Below, one piece after another: positions 36,901 through 50,771 of a DNA stretch of 64,000 nucleotides (position 1 is the stretch's first letter; each line of letters begins with the position of its first letter). The stretch comes from Antedon mediterranea. Taxonomy: Eukaryota; Animalia; Echinodermata. The notes beneath the pieces were generated by a model. That model was not told the DNA's origin and searched no databases. It was given only the letters and a program-made list of their open reading frames with translations. The stretch lies in the NCBI RefSeq assembly GCF_964355755.1, contig NC_092680.1, positions 3,596,001 through 3,660,000 of the forward strand. Reading direction: 5' to 3'. A program made the translations under genes and the position numbers.

Positions 36901-39900
36901 TACTGCTTCTGTGTATTTTTTATTCAGGCTGAAAAAGTAAAAATCAAAACTTTCATAAAACCTTCCAATTTATTTAAAAAAAATTAAATAGAATAGAATA
37001 ATGATATTATTATATAATGTTTAGAAACAAGCATACATTAATTATAACAAAGTAAGTTAACACTAGTGTAGTGTGATGTGCCCAAATATAGTAGTGATTT
37101 CCCAAATATGGTAGTGATATGACATCATCATGTCCATATATGGGCACATCACATTTTTTGTCACATAAACTTTGATAGTGTAGACAGAGCTACAGTTATA
37201 CTATTTTTACTATAGATATTTCTTTATTAAATATAAAACATTTAAAATGGTGAAAATAAATAAAATGTTTTTCTTACCACAGAGATCGCGCATAATTAGA
37301 TCTTGCTTTGTTTATCACGTCACATGACTCCCCTTCATCAAGTAAATCAATTGCTCTGTAAGATTAAAAAGAACTTGTTATACTTATTCTTTACTCCATG
37401 ATTTATTATTATTTAATTTCTTCAGAAATAAACTTCAAATATCCTATCAATAATGTACCTTTTGAAAGCCTTCATTGCATGCTGATGAAGCCCTTCTCTT
37501 TCCATCAACAGTCCTAACATGTTGTAGGAACATGCATTAGTGTGAACACGATCTAGAACAAAAAGAATAACATGCATTAGTCTGAACGCGATCTATAACA
37601 AACAGCATAATTAAAAAATGAATGAAAATAATTATGAAAATATATAATACAGAACATAATATAGAAAGTCCTAACATTTGAACATTATTGTATTTGTATA
37701 AGTGCCAGGGTGTTGGCCATTTTAATTATTATTTTATATAATATTAGAAAAACAGATACATTGCTATTTTTAGACTGACATAAATAAAGAAAAAAAGTTC
37801 AAAATAAGGCTCTTTTAGGCATACTCTTATGTTGAAATCCAAAACTCATAATATACACATATACTGACCTGTGAACTTTGACATAGCCAATGCTGAAGTT
37901 GACACAGCGTTCATTTGTTCAATGCTATATTTATAGTGTTCAGAGGTCACATCAACATTAGTATCCAGCAGGGTCTTGCATACCCAGTGACTATAACCGA
38001 TCGTTCCCTCAACCTAAACAGAAATATTGTTGAAACCTATTGCAATCTATCCACAGTGGTGTAATGCAAAGCTCAGAGGCACCTAGTTTAGTAACCCTAA
38101 GTGGCCCCCCAATGCTGGGGGCTTCAGGCGTTTTTAGCCTTTTCCAAGATATTTTAATGCCCGTTTTTTCATTTCTTTCTTTATTCTTCCAAAAAGTTTT
38201 CAAAACAAATACATAAATATAACATTGTAATATATAAAACATTTAAATAATTGGATAAAAAGGAAGAAGAGAAAAGGCAACTTCATGCCTATCTAGCGCT
38301 ACTCCCTGTATAACTATAACATATCAATTGTATTCAAATCAAACAAATCATATCATGATAAAATTTAAATACTAAGCTCCGGGGCCTCTGGGTTTAGCCA
38401 GTGAGTGCTCATAGCCGTTACGCCACTGTCTATCCATAGTCGAAATTAAGAGAGTACTCCCTATCTACTACAGAGTTGGGTAGCCGAGTGGTTAGGACAC
38501 TTGACTATCATACAGAGAACCGGGTTCAGTTCCCGACAACTCCCAGTCTACTCAGCTGTAAATGAATACTAGGGAGGATAAGGCAGTGTGGAAAGGAACT
38601 GGTCACCCTACCACATACTGCAGAGACTTTAGTACAATGAGCTCCGAACAGCTTATCTCCTACATTCAGAAATGAATACAGACTTTACCATATCTACTGA
38701 CTAATATGAGAAAATTGTGTATACATTTGACATTTAACTGACATTGAATGAGATACAAACATTAACAAAAATAGTTCTGACTTACATGAGTGCCCAGTTC
38801 ACATGTGTGACGAAACAAGTCCATAGTCTCAGCATCCTGAATGCTCTCTGCTATGTGAGCCTACGGTAACAAGTCATGAAAAGAATTACAATTACAAGAA
38901 ATTTTAATTTGATAAATCAGAGTGAGTTATTGTCCTGTACTTTAAAATTTACTTCCAGTAAAGCTCTGTCTACACTATAAAATTTTATGTGGAAAAAAAA
39001 TGTGATGTGTCCATATATGGACATGATGATGTCATATCACTACCATATTTGGGTATATGTAAACCAAATTAAGAAGTTTCAAACCTGTCCAATCCAGCAC
39101 TGCATATAGTCTGGGTTGACAGACTGTGCCTTCTTAAACGCTTCATGCGCTAATTTAATATCACCGTGTTTAAGATAAAGTGTTCCTAGATTGGTCCATG
39201 TAACTACATCCTGAAACAAAACAATATGAAATTAATATAGTTTAAAAAGACATATATAAGGTTCTGTCTACACTATCAAACTTTATGTGACAAAAAAATG
39301 TAATGTGCCCATATATAGACATGATGATGTCATATCATTACCATATTTGGGAATATCACCACCATATTTTGGCACATCACACTTTTTTGGTCAAACAAGC
39401 TTGATAGTGTAGACAAAGCTTAATACTTACTGTAGATCATTTAATATATCAATAGCTATTTCTACACCTGCATACACCCCCCTCTATCTAGTGACGATTT
39501 AGCTTTCAGGTTTTACAACCAGTCATCATTAGATTTTATAAAAAAACTTACATTTTTGTCAATTTGAATGGCCTTGATAAAAGCATGTTGAGCAAGTTTT
39601 GGCAAATTTACCTCTGTAAAATAACACATTTATAAATTAGAAATACTGTTATTATGAATATTATAATATTTTAATTTGTTTATATAATATTATTTTTTTC
39701 TCTCAGTTGTTTCACTGTGTTATATCATTAACATAATAATTATCAAAAATTACAATCATAATATAATAATAACATCATAATTAGCAATCAATTAAGAATG
39801 TCAATTCTATTACCATATTTTAATTTGTTTATATAATATTTTATTTTTCAGTTATTTCACTGTCTTATAATATTAACATTCTTTTGTCATCTTATAAAAA

Positions 39901-42900
39901 TGGCTGAAAACCCATCTCTTTCACATAGCATATGAAATGACGTAATTGCCACCTTGTTTCAAGCCTTGTGGACGTAGCGCTTTGGAGAAAATTTATTTTG
40001 GTTAAGCGTTATACAAAAGACAATTATTATTATCCATATTATCATTATTTGAAATTGCCCCATGCAGAATGAATAAAGAATTTGAATGACTAAAGTCTTC
40101 CTTACCTTTAGATGCCCAGATTGTACCCAACGCATTCCAGTGTGAATTGTTATTACTGTCTATAGACACAGCCTTCTTTAAACACTGTTAATAATATAAC
40201 AAAAGAAAACAAATAATATAACAATATTTCAATGTATTCACATTTTTAACAGCCAATCTACAGTAGTTACACATTTGGTAACAACTAAAGAAGTATTGTC
40301 CCCAAAAAATATGAAAATTAATCAAATCAGACTTTAAATAGGCCATTTTGCAGTTTTTCGCAATAGAGTTATTCACTTCTGTTAAAAAAAACAAAAAACA
40401 AAGATATTTCAATTATAAAAAGACAAAAGAAACATTCAATTTTAACCAAAAACCCTTTTCTTACAGTTTTTTTGATTTAAATTACATTTTTTCAGGAAAA
40501 TTATTTTTTTTATCCAGTTTTTGGTCAAATTAAATAACTTATGTGACATTAAAATTGCATATTAAAAAAAAAATTGAAAAAAAAATTGTTTAGGGGGACA
40601 ATATATCTTTAAGTAAATCAAGTAAATAGATAGATTTTTTATAGATTTAGTTATCAGGCCCAATAGTTAATATGAAACTGACCTGTACAGCCTTGTTGGA
40701 CAGTTCTATCTGCTCTGCATACTGAGCTTGTCTAAAGTAGTTTATCCCCAGGTCATGCCAAAGGCTGGCACAGTCTGGTAGTAACTGTAATGCCTTCCCA
40801 TAACATCTATTGGAATAAATAATATAGATTTCTTAGGATTATATTAAAAAAATAAATATGATTATGTTAAGCTCTGTCTACACTATCACACTTTATGTGA
40901 CAAAAAACTGTGATGTGCCCATATATGGACATGATGATCTCATATCACTACCATATTTAATTATATCACTACCATATTTGGCCACATAAAACTTTTTTGT
41001 CACATAAAATATGATAGTGACAGAGTCTAAAGAAGGAAAAATAACTCTTGCCACCTATATTTGCCATGGTAGCAAGCATTCAAAACAAGAATTTTTAAAA
41101 CATAGAGCTTAAAAAGCTTTCACAATTTTACCTTGACCCGATGGCTAAAAGTGCAAATTTCCCAACATCCACAAGGGTTGATGAATCAGAAGTGACATTT
41201 GTGAGGACTGCGGGTATTTTGATGCTGTTCAACAAGAAATTGAAAAAACAAAACAATTAATTAAAATCAACAATCAAGCACGAGAGTACATTAAAATTTA
41301 TAAACTTCAATTTGAGTATTTTGCCTCCTTGGTGTCCAAGTTAAAAAATATAACAACAACACAATACGGAATATTACTTATAAACTACATATGATGTGAC
41401 GTACAGTAAGCTCTATCAAACTTTATGTGATCAACAAAATGTGATGTCATATCACTACCATATTTGGGCATGTCACACTTTTTTTTGTCAAACTAGTTTG
41501 ATAGTGTAGACAGAGCCTTATGGTCCCACATTCACATATTTTGATACAAATGAAATTAATATTTTAGATAAAATAGCTCGGAATATCGTAGTAGCATATT
41601 TACACATACTTTTGTATATCTATTTCATAAATCATATTTTAACACTAAAATTATTAAATATGATACTGTAATATTGTTATTATATTATGTTAATGATCAC
41701 ACACCTTACTAGATCCAGGACATGAAGAATAGTGCATGCATCACCTAGTAATTTCCACAGGCAACTCAAATCGGGACGTAGCATAATAGCCCTGCGAAAT
41801 GAAAAGAAATCGTGTTATTTTTAAGTTTAATATTGATGACTAAAAACATAAACATTGTGTAATAATCTACTTTACTGCCAAATCTATATGAATTGATGAG
41901 TAGTTTGTATCAGGGACAGTATTTTAATAAAGACAGTATTGTTTGGTTTATGGATAATTTTCAAAAATTACCTAATGCAATTTTCACCAGACAGTCATTA
42001 AAATGCATTTTATTTTCAATAATAAATAAATAAATTCTACACTTTTTCAGTCTCTAATAGTATACAAATAATGAATATTTACGAGTGGAATGGTACAAAT
42101 AATTTCATGAGGTAAAAGATGAAATTCTATTGAAATAGTACATATTATTGCACACCATGTGACCCAAAATTGGCCAATCAAATGACAGGAATATATTTAG
42201 GCGTTATATAATATAACAAGTTAGACTCACTTGTTTAAGGCTGTGATTGAATTAGCAACGTAGTCTACTGCTTTTAGATTCAGAAACTCAACTAGCGAAT
42301 CTTTGGCAAGGAGAAGGTAAGTTTCACCAAGACCTTAAAACACAAATTATTTAATATAATAATAATAAACGATGAATTCACTGTACTTTTGATTATCATG
42401 TATTCCAGAATGTACAGTGGAAGCATAATAATTGCGAAACAGGCCATGAAAATTGGAGAAAAAATTACAAAATAATACATAACAGAATATCTATATTTAA
42501 AAGCGCATTTGGATGTGAATATAAGCCGGAATCATTATTATTCTTATCTACAATTGAAAATATTTTTTCAGACATTTTGAGCCAGCCCGAAGCCAATTTA
42601 TTTTATGAGAGGTGAGTGAATTACCTTTAAGGGCAGGCACATATCCTTCTTGTCTGGTTAGCACTAATTTGTAATCACTTACAGCCTCACTGTACTGTCC
42701 TACTGTTTGTTTAATAGCTGAAATCCTGTAATATTGAGAAAATATCCATTCAAACACTAATGTAAGCATTCATTTTGTTTATTGATTATCTTAATTAGAA
42801 AAATAAATCTTTTTATTAACAAACAAATATGTATATGATTCTTAAACATACCTGTATTATAAATATTACAGTAGTCAATTTAGTAGCAAACATTAATTTT

Positions 42901-45900
42901 TTTAAACCACTGGTGGTGCCATGTGAAACAAAAGGCAGGAAAATTCCATTTCAATATTTGTTATCAACATTAATAATTAATATCAAAATAGACTTACTGA
43001 TACTGACAATATATAGAAGATTCATCAAGCTGAAAACAAAAAAAAACAAAAAAACATTAATTCAATTTGTAAGTAACTGTATTAAATTTTAAAACAGTTA
43101 GAAAATGGTATATAACCAAATTCAGAACGGTATTCTTGTATCATATAAGTTAGGGTTATAATTCAGACAATTTCAAAATGTCCATAAACTCGTTATTGTA
43201 ATTACCTCTAGGCTTCTTGTGAATGCTTTTAAAGCTGCTGTATAGCTCCCTCTACTGAGGTACGCTTCTCCCATACACTCCCAACATCGACTGAAACCCA
43301 AAACAACAAATCATGTGATTAGTAAAATTTAAATTTTGCCACGAAATGTGGTGGTTATTTTCGTAGAATAATATCTGAATATTCTTTGATTTTCATAGTG
43401 GAAAGATTTTTACAAAAATTAATTTAAAACATCAAATTAGTAAACACATTTATCCAGTGGTTCAGTGTAGGTAGAATTTAGTGAGTATAAAAATAAATCT
43501 TTTTATGATTTTCACTAATAATTTATTACAAAATTTCATATAATTACCTGTCTTTAGTATCAGCTCTAAGTGCTGCCTGAAAACTTTAAATGCAAACAAA
43601 AATTATATTAAAAGTTGGTTAACGTTAATGAGTAACAAATACTTTATTTGAAGTATAATAAAGCTATGTCTACACTATCAAACATATTTGTGTACATCAC
43701 ACTGTTTTGTAACATAAAGTTTGATAGTGTAGACAGAGATTTACAAGTATGATGTGTTAAATGGTTTTATCAATATTTTCAGAATGTTTGTATTTTCCTT
43801 TTAAATAATATATAAATTATAATAGTAAAACCTTGTAACAGCCTTTCCTGCATCATTGTGTTTGAGTTGATAAAGACCGAGCCTTAGCCACGCCCATTTG
43901 GCCATACCAGCAGCAGCTTGGGAGGTCACTGTCTGCAACATAGACAACGCAGAGTCCTACAAAAAACCATTGTAGCATTGAAAATAAAAGACATTTTAGA
44001 TAGCATTATATAGATTTTTGAAGAAGTAAAATATAGATGTATACCAAAATGGATCTATTAATATAGATATATACCAAAATGGATCCTTTAATTTACCTCA
44101 TCTTCTGTTATGATACAGAGATCAGCAAAGGCAGTACCTGATGCTGCATTATCAGGGTTCAAATCAAAGGACTTCTTAAAGCAACTCTTTGCTCTCCTGG
44201 AGAAATGAAGTAAAACTCTTATCAAATCTTACTAACTGAATTAAGTTTTATAGACTCACAATAAGTACAGAGAACGAGTAGAAGTAATATAAGGTTTGTG
44301 GTATACCAACATTACCATATAATGATACTGTACAATATTATATATTTAATACATATTGTAGTGGAGCTGTAACTTGGTGGTTAACGTGCTTGCCTTCCAA
44401 TCCAAAGGTCCGGGGTTCAATCCTGACCTAGTGCCAGGGTTGTAACTCACCACTCCCTAAACCTAAAATGAGACTTAGTTTATAAGCACGCTAACTTATA
44501 AAAATAGTTTATCCCTCCTGTAATTGGCGAGTTACTCGCTGTTGGATGCGTATGAAATAAATCAAATATAATTTGATAAAAGGAATTAAGCAAGATTGAG
44601 AATATCTCAATGTTTCAGTTGTATTGTTCTCAACTGCCTTTTTATTCATTTTCATAGACTAGCAATGCTAGACATGGCCATATCAATAAAGTAACAAATA
44701 AGAAAAAAATCAAAACCTGATGGATACCTAATATCTTGTGCAACCTGCTGATAATAATAACCAAGATGATGGAATACTTCTGAGTTATAAGGATCAAGTT
44801 TTGCTGCCTTCAACATAGAAACAATAACATTTAATTTATATAAAACTTTAAAATCGATGGATTCTTGTCATCGAGTTTTTATTTATAAATTTGGTAACGT
44901 CAGACTTTATTATGATACAGAAATTTCTTAAAAATTTAACAAAAACATTTTATTTTACCTTCATAAAATTACTAAGACACATCAACCTGTTTTTTCTAGC
45001 CTCCTCTCCAGACTTCCACTGTATTTTTCCAAGCCATAAAAAAAACTTTGCATTATCTGGTTTGTGTGCAATTGCTTTGGATAGTCTGGTAAAAAAAATA
45101 TATACATATTATAAACTATCTAAAGCTCTGTCTACACTATCAAACTAGTTTGACAAAAAAGTGTGATGTGCCCAAATATGGTAGTGATGCTCAAACATGG
45201 TAGTGATATGACATCATTGTGTCCATATATGGGCATATCACATATTTTTGTCATATAAAGTTTGATAGTGTAGACAGAGCTTAAAACAAATGTTTTTTTT
45301 TTGTTAGTGATAAAAATAGTTAATCATGCATCATATACCTTTCTTCTGCTTCATCATATTTTCCTTGTAGTCCTGAGAGCCAGCCAATCAGAGCTTCTGT
45401 TACAAAATTGTCTGAATCCAACGACACTAGTTCTGTACAATGCTTGAATATATAAAAAAAATAGTTTGATAACATCAAATGATTTAAATACAACTACGGT
45501 GTTCCAATTGATAAACTTTAAATGAAGCAGTATTTAAAAATAATAGAACTATAATGGCAATGTTCCACAGTATTATGTAAAAGAATAAAAAAAAGTTTGC
45601 ACAAGAAAAAAATAAAATAAATTGTGAGATACTGACCTGGTTAGCTTCTTTTAGTTTGTTCAGAAAGCAGCAACATTCCACCAACAACTGCATACACTCT
45701 ATTTTCAAAATTTCTGAGCTTTGCAACTGTAAAAATAAATATTTTTAAGTCTAATTAAAATATTCCATACTTGTATGAATGATGCTTCTCATTAAAACAA
45801 AATAAAATAATACTGTTAAGCTCTGTCAACACTATCAAAACACAAATCAAAAAAATTGTGATGTACCCAGATATGGTTAGTGATATGCCCTAATATGGTA

Positions 45901-48900
45901 GTGATATGCCCAAATATGGTAGTGATATGACATCCTCATGTCCATATATGGGCATATCACATTGTTTGCTAGTGTAGAAACAGCTTTAGTTTGTGTTATA
46001 CTTTCTATACTTACATCATTTAATATATCAATAGCTATTTCTACACCTGCATGCGTCCCTCTATCTAGTGACGATTTAGCCTTCAGAAACAAAAATTGTT
46101 CTCTCAAATCTTGCCATCTTGTAAGGCGCTTTAATAGTTTCAGTCCTTAAATAAAAGAAATATTACTTGATAATATAAATAATGAGTATTGTAGTACACA
46201 TGTTTAATGTTACTATAAGAACTAGATGACTAACTTCAAAACACTATAATAGCATAACAGCTTGAAAAGCATTCTACCATAGAGAAGGACTGCCCAATAT
46301 GGATGCACCAATCAGTGTACACAGTATGTGTAACCTACCTTTTTGTGCTGCTTGTTCAACTCTGACATTATCATGAACTGCTATGCTTGCTCTACTAACA
46401 TACAACCAACCATGCACGTTAGTTGGTTCTACTTTTAACCCTAGAAAAAAAAATGAGATAGTACAAAAGATACTTTAAATAACTTTTTACTTTGAAATAA
46501 AAAGACAACGGTTCCAATACTGGACTCTCTGAAAACCAGAAAAAATTTCTTGAGATAAAAAAGGTCACAAATTAATTTTTATCATTAAAACGCTGTACAA
46601 CAAAAATTATTAGATAGGTTAATTCCATAATCTGTTATATTTGTATTTGTTTGACATAATAAAAATAAACAATATATTATACCCTCTTCCAATAATGATT
46701 TTGCTTCAATGTAATTCTCTTCTTCTAGTTTTATTTTACCAAGACATAGGCTTGCTAATCCAGACTTTTCATCGATGGTTTTCAGTTTCTGAATAGCTGT
46801 TATAGCCTCTGCAGTACAGACTGTGAATTAAAACAAAGTTTCATTATTATTTCTATGAAAATCTAACCAACGTACAACTTACTAATTAGTATAATAAAAT
46901 GCTACATTATAAGCAAACAAATATGAAGAGACAAACAACAAATGAACTGACCATTTTGAGTGAGATAGACTTGAACCATTGACTTCAGTGGTTGAGTGGA
47001 TGAGGGCAGTTTGGTGTGCATCTTCTGACTTACTTCAAGAATCTGCTGATCACTGTCATCTTTCTGATTATATTTTAAACAAAACATTTTTAAAATCAAT
47101 AAAAAATTTGTGTGGCTGACATCAGATTGTTTACATAAATCAATATATATTCAAATGTATACTTTAAGATAACTGTATTATTACCATTTTCAATAAATCC
47201 ACAAATTTGACAAAATTGTCTTCCAATGCTGTGTCATCTTCAGTTAAGCCAAGTATGTTTGTGTAAGCAATTTCAAGCTAGAATAATAAAAACAATTTAT
47301 TTTTGGTCATCAATGAATAATGAGTGAGTATGCTAAATCCATTTTTATTGGTTATCCGCACTTGGCGGATAACCCCTTGTTATTGTCAGGATCTTTTTTT
47401 TTTTCTTTTTTTTTTTCTTTTTTTCCTATTTTCTTCTTTCTTTCCACGAATTTTGTTGCACGCATATCTCTAATTCTGGCCAACATAAGATTTTGTAACT
47501 TTGTCATAATATTGACCTGTAGCGGTAGATGTGCAGGACGTTCGTTTTTTTACTTTAGAGTCGCGCAGCGTAAGTTACGCGCAATTTTATGAATTTCAAT
47601 GATTGATCATAGATTAAAAACTAAAAGTCATTTTGTATTGAAACTTGGTGAACATTTAAGTCATATCTTGCGCAAACTTTCTATGGATTAAAAATGGCAT
47701 GTTTCCCATAAAGTTACGCGTGCACGCGAGTTTAAAATTTCAAAATGCGTAAAATCAATTTCTAATCAACTTTCTACGCGTTTCAGGTCATTTTGAGCAT
47801 TTCAAAATTTCCCACGGGTGCGCAATTTTTTTACGCGCGCGTGCGCACGTAGCGCAAAAACATCTTTTTTTTGCTTGATTTTTGTTTTTTCAGTCTTTTA
47901 TAGTAAATTTACCAATTTTCAATCAATTTCGACTTCAAATCACGTCATACGAGCACGTAGAATTGAACAATTTGCGCGCGTTTTTGATGAAAAAGTTCAA
48001 AAATTCGTCAAAATTATGCCTTTTTTAAAACAGTCATAGATTCTAAACTACGTGGTGAACTTTTTTAAAATTACATATTCTGGTAGTAGATAAGTTGCAG
48101 ATATCAAATCTTGCATCAATATGGCTAACCGGACATTGTGACGTCACCGTATGGCCACTCGAATATAAAATATAGGATTTTTGTCTCTTTCCTCGTAGCT
48201 CGTCACATTTAATATAGCGCATCTCCACTTATTTGTATTCCATTTCCCCCCATTTTTTTATGTTGTCTAGGTCAATCAATTATCTTTCGCACGATTCACC
48301 ATTTTAAAAATTGTGATAACGTCATCATGTTCAAAAGCGTCAATAACTTTGGTCACTTATTTTCACCTATTCTGCACTGTATGTAGTACGTATACAGTAT
48401 ATAGTGTACACCGTATATACTTAGACGTGACGAAAAATAGAGAGCACACTAAAATTGTTTCAATGCCTTAATCGTTTTTCTGTGCGCAATATTCCAACGT
48501 ATGACGTGCACGTGGCCTTTGCGCTGCGGATAACCTAACTCGTCCGTAGTGACGAGTTCAAATCTAGTTTTATTTAACCTTATTTATAGAGGGTGACCCT
48601 AAACCGCATATTCTGACAATCAAGGGGCCCTCTTGATGAGTTATGATAAAGTGTCTATGCGTGACAGTGGCTGTGTGTACTAGTACACTGGGATAACCCC
48701 CTACTCGTTTCGAAGGATGTACTAGGTTCTTTAAAGTGCACATGAGCCAGATGTGTACAAGGACCTACGGTTTATAGTCCTTATTACCCATAAACAAACC
48801 AAAAGACATTACATTCAACACAATAGTAATAAAATAGATACAAAATACAATTGATAAGTAAATAAAGTAATATGTTGTAGTAATAAATCTTGAAAACTGT

Positions 48901-50771
48901 AAAATCTTTAATAACTAACCAATGCATTATCCTCTGTTGATAATGTTTTTTCATTTGTCAGATTTGAAGCGAGCTTTGACCACCACATCAACTTCACTGA
49001 ATTATCGTCTACCACGTCTGCATTTAAAATGTCTAAGATCACCATGATAGACTAAGATATAAATAAAGACATAAAAAAACATGTGTTAATTGGCAATGTC
49101 TGGTCTAAAAATCAAGTAAAACCGAATTGAGAGAAAGTACTCCTATTTTTAGTGAGGACTTGCTAAAAAAACTTGGCCTAGCTAGACGCCCTGCTGTTCA
49201 AATGTCAGAATTATACACTGGGACTTTCCCTAGCGAAATGGTTGTATGTGAAGGTGATCATAAAGTCAGGGGTGGGATTATAGCAAAGATGGGACTATAG
49301 CCTATGTGGGACTATAACCGAGGAACTATGGTATATATAAATAAAGTGAAGCAAACAACACCTTACTTACAGTACGATAAACATGTTATACATAAAAGAA
49401 AAGAGTAATAATAAAACTGTTAATGTTGTCAATAATTACACATACCTTCTTTGTTTTATGGAGTGTTTCGTATAGCTTGACTTGTTTCTCAGCCACTGTC
49501 AGCCATTTTGATTTGTCAGTATTGGTTAGAAGACTTGCCATTTGTTGGTATGCCTCAATCAGTGTGTCTTGGTTTTGTTCTGTTTGGTTTCTCTCACATA
49601 AATCACACAAACCCTGTCAAGAGAAGTACAAGTTACAAATTATTTAAATATACAGCTATTCAACTAAAAAAATTGTTAATAAATCAACAAATAAACACAC
49701 AATTTTATAATAAAAAATATATATATAAACTTTATTCCAATGTATTTGTTTTCAATTTCAACCAATATTTTAAATTATTTAGAACCATTTTAAATATTAT
49801 AAATAAAATAAATACATTATTATCTGTTTAGTTTCTGTTTTGGTTTATTGTTTTGTATCTCTTCGATGCTTTTTTAACAAATTGAATTGAATAAATTATA
49901 ATGATAAGTTATGGATGTAATGAATTCTAAGGTATGGTACCTGCCATGCAAGTAACTGATTTGGATCATATTCCGTGGCCTTCTTATAAGCCATTCTAGC
50001 CTGCTCCAATTGCTCCATTTCTGTGGCTGCTTTTCCAATGAATACAAATGCATTGTAGTTGCTTTTATCAAGTTTTAGTACAGCCTATCATAAAAAAAAG
50101 GATAAAAAACATTAGTTACTAGCAACTGAACTCAACATATCTTGTAAAACCAAGTACTCACTGCAATATTAAATATACAATTGAAGAAATAAACCTCTAT
50201 CTACACTATCAAACTTTATGTGACAGAAAAACAAAAATGTGATGTGCCCATATATGGACATGATGATGTCATATCACTACCGTATTTGGGCATATCACTA
50301 CCGTATTTTGGCATACCACTACCATATTAAGGCATATCACTACCATATTTGGGCACATTACACTTTTTTTTGTCAAACTAGTTTGATAGTGTAAACAGAG
50401 CCTTATAAAAGAATAAACTGCAGACAAGGGGATACCATCTTAACGAATGTGGGATTCTCCTTTATTTTTATGCCCAATAGTTGAAATGATTTTGGCCTCT
50501 AGACTTTGGTTTGACACAATGTAGAATCTTGACCCCAGTAACCTTTAACCTGAGCACCTTAATGCCTGCCATGCTCTATGTCATAGGATACAACATCTAT
50601 GATTTTGGATGGAATATTCATAGCATGCATGCATAATATTTTATACAGTTCAACATGTGATATATAAATCACCTTGCATTGTTTTAATGCGTCTTTAAAT
50701 TCTTTATTCTTGATACACTCCCTGGCATTTTTTAATAATGTTTTTATTTCCTTGCTTGAACCGCTTGCCAT
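30968..50771 (-). CDS. TTC37: Superkiller complex protein 3 (TPR protein TTC37/Ski3), ~42 coding exons
   Basis: Start [33 protein letters not shown] (50673-50771), then [20 protein letters not shown]...QLLAWQ (49941-50084), matching human [40 protein letters not shown]. Internal [49 protein letters not shown] and AYEQAF. Last exon 30968-31045 ends DQLD*. Internal exon boundaries were traced by eye and a few may be off. Confidence 0.93.
31260..31390. repeat. 37-bp minisatellite x3.5 with internal inverted repeat
   Basis: Unit TTAGCCTTCTGTTTGACCTGTTTCAAGGAGGTCAACA (TTGACCT...AGGTCAA). Confidence 0.9.
36210..36452 (-). mobile_element. Deu-like tRNA-derived SINE copy
   Basis: Inverted homology to 3013-3240. 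Confidence 0.75.
38054..38428. mobile_element. hAT-family MITE
   Basis: TIR CAGTGGTGTAA / TTACGCCACTG with a perfect 8-bp TSD TCTATCCA (38046-38053, 38429-38436). Confidence 0.9.
38474..38690 (+). mobile_element. tRNA-derived SINE (different family)
   Basis: A-box GGTAGCCGAGTGGTTAGG and B-box GGTTCAGTTCC, followed by CCCAGTCTACTCAGCTGTAAATGAATAC body. Confidence 0.6.
39423..39510 (-). pseudogene. Ectopic partial copy of TTC37 exon 46015-46146 (pseudo-exon fragment)
   Basis: ATCATTTAATATATCAATAGCTATTTCTACACCTGCAT..CCCTCTATCTAGTGACGATTTAGC.TTCAG matches 46015-46086; small indels present. Confidence 0.8.
44360..44560 (+). mobile_element. tRNA-derived SINE relic
   Basis: A-box-like GTAACTTGGTGGTTAACG, B-box GGTTCAATCC, A-rich tail. 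Confidence 0.55.
45124..45281. mobile_element. Harbinger-type MITE family A (reference full copy)
   Basis: TAA TSD, 23-bp TIR AGCTCTGTCTACACTATCAAACT, internal ATATGGTAGTGAT subrepeats. Other copies or fragments near 4910, 9302, 9525, 10172, 18280, 23898, 33034, 34000, 34358, 37070, 38961, 39260, 40870, 41409, 43662, 45818, 50193. Confidence 0.9.
47350..48567 (+). mobile_element. Helentron-type non-autonomous element (HINE/DINE-1-like architecture)
   Basis: 5' subTIR GGTTATCCGC with adjacent inverted copy GCGGATAACC (47365-47374); 3' subTIR GCGGATAACC (48526-48535); hairpin AACTCGTC-CGTAGT-GACGAGTT; CTAG end; T-rich flanks; CpG-rich interior. Confidence 0.8.
48570..48785 (-). mobile_element. 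Deu-like SINE copy (3' portion)
   Basis: Inverted homology to 3120-3300. Confidence 0.7.
50193..50402. mobile_element. Harbinger-type MITE family A with expanded internal 21-bp subrepeats
   Basis: TIRs plus four copies of CATATCACTACCATATTTGGG-like unit. Confidence 0.85.

Noticed and set aside
44719-44727. Possible U12 donor (GTATCCAT) in TTC37
   Set aside because: One mismatch from GTATCCTT and no TCCTTAAC branch point near the downstream acceptor, which has a normal pyrimidine tract.
47320-48228. ORFs inside the Helentron-type element
   Set aside because: Short, low-complexity, with no Rep/helicase or transposase motifs.
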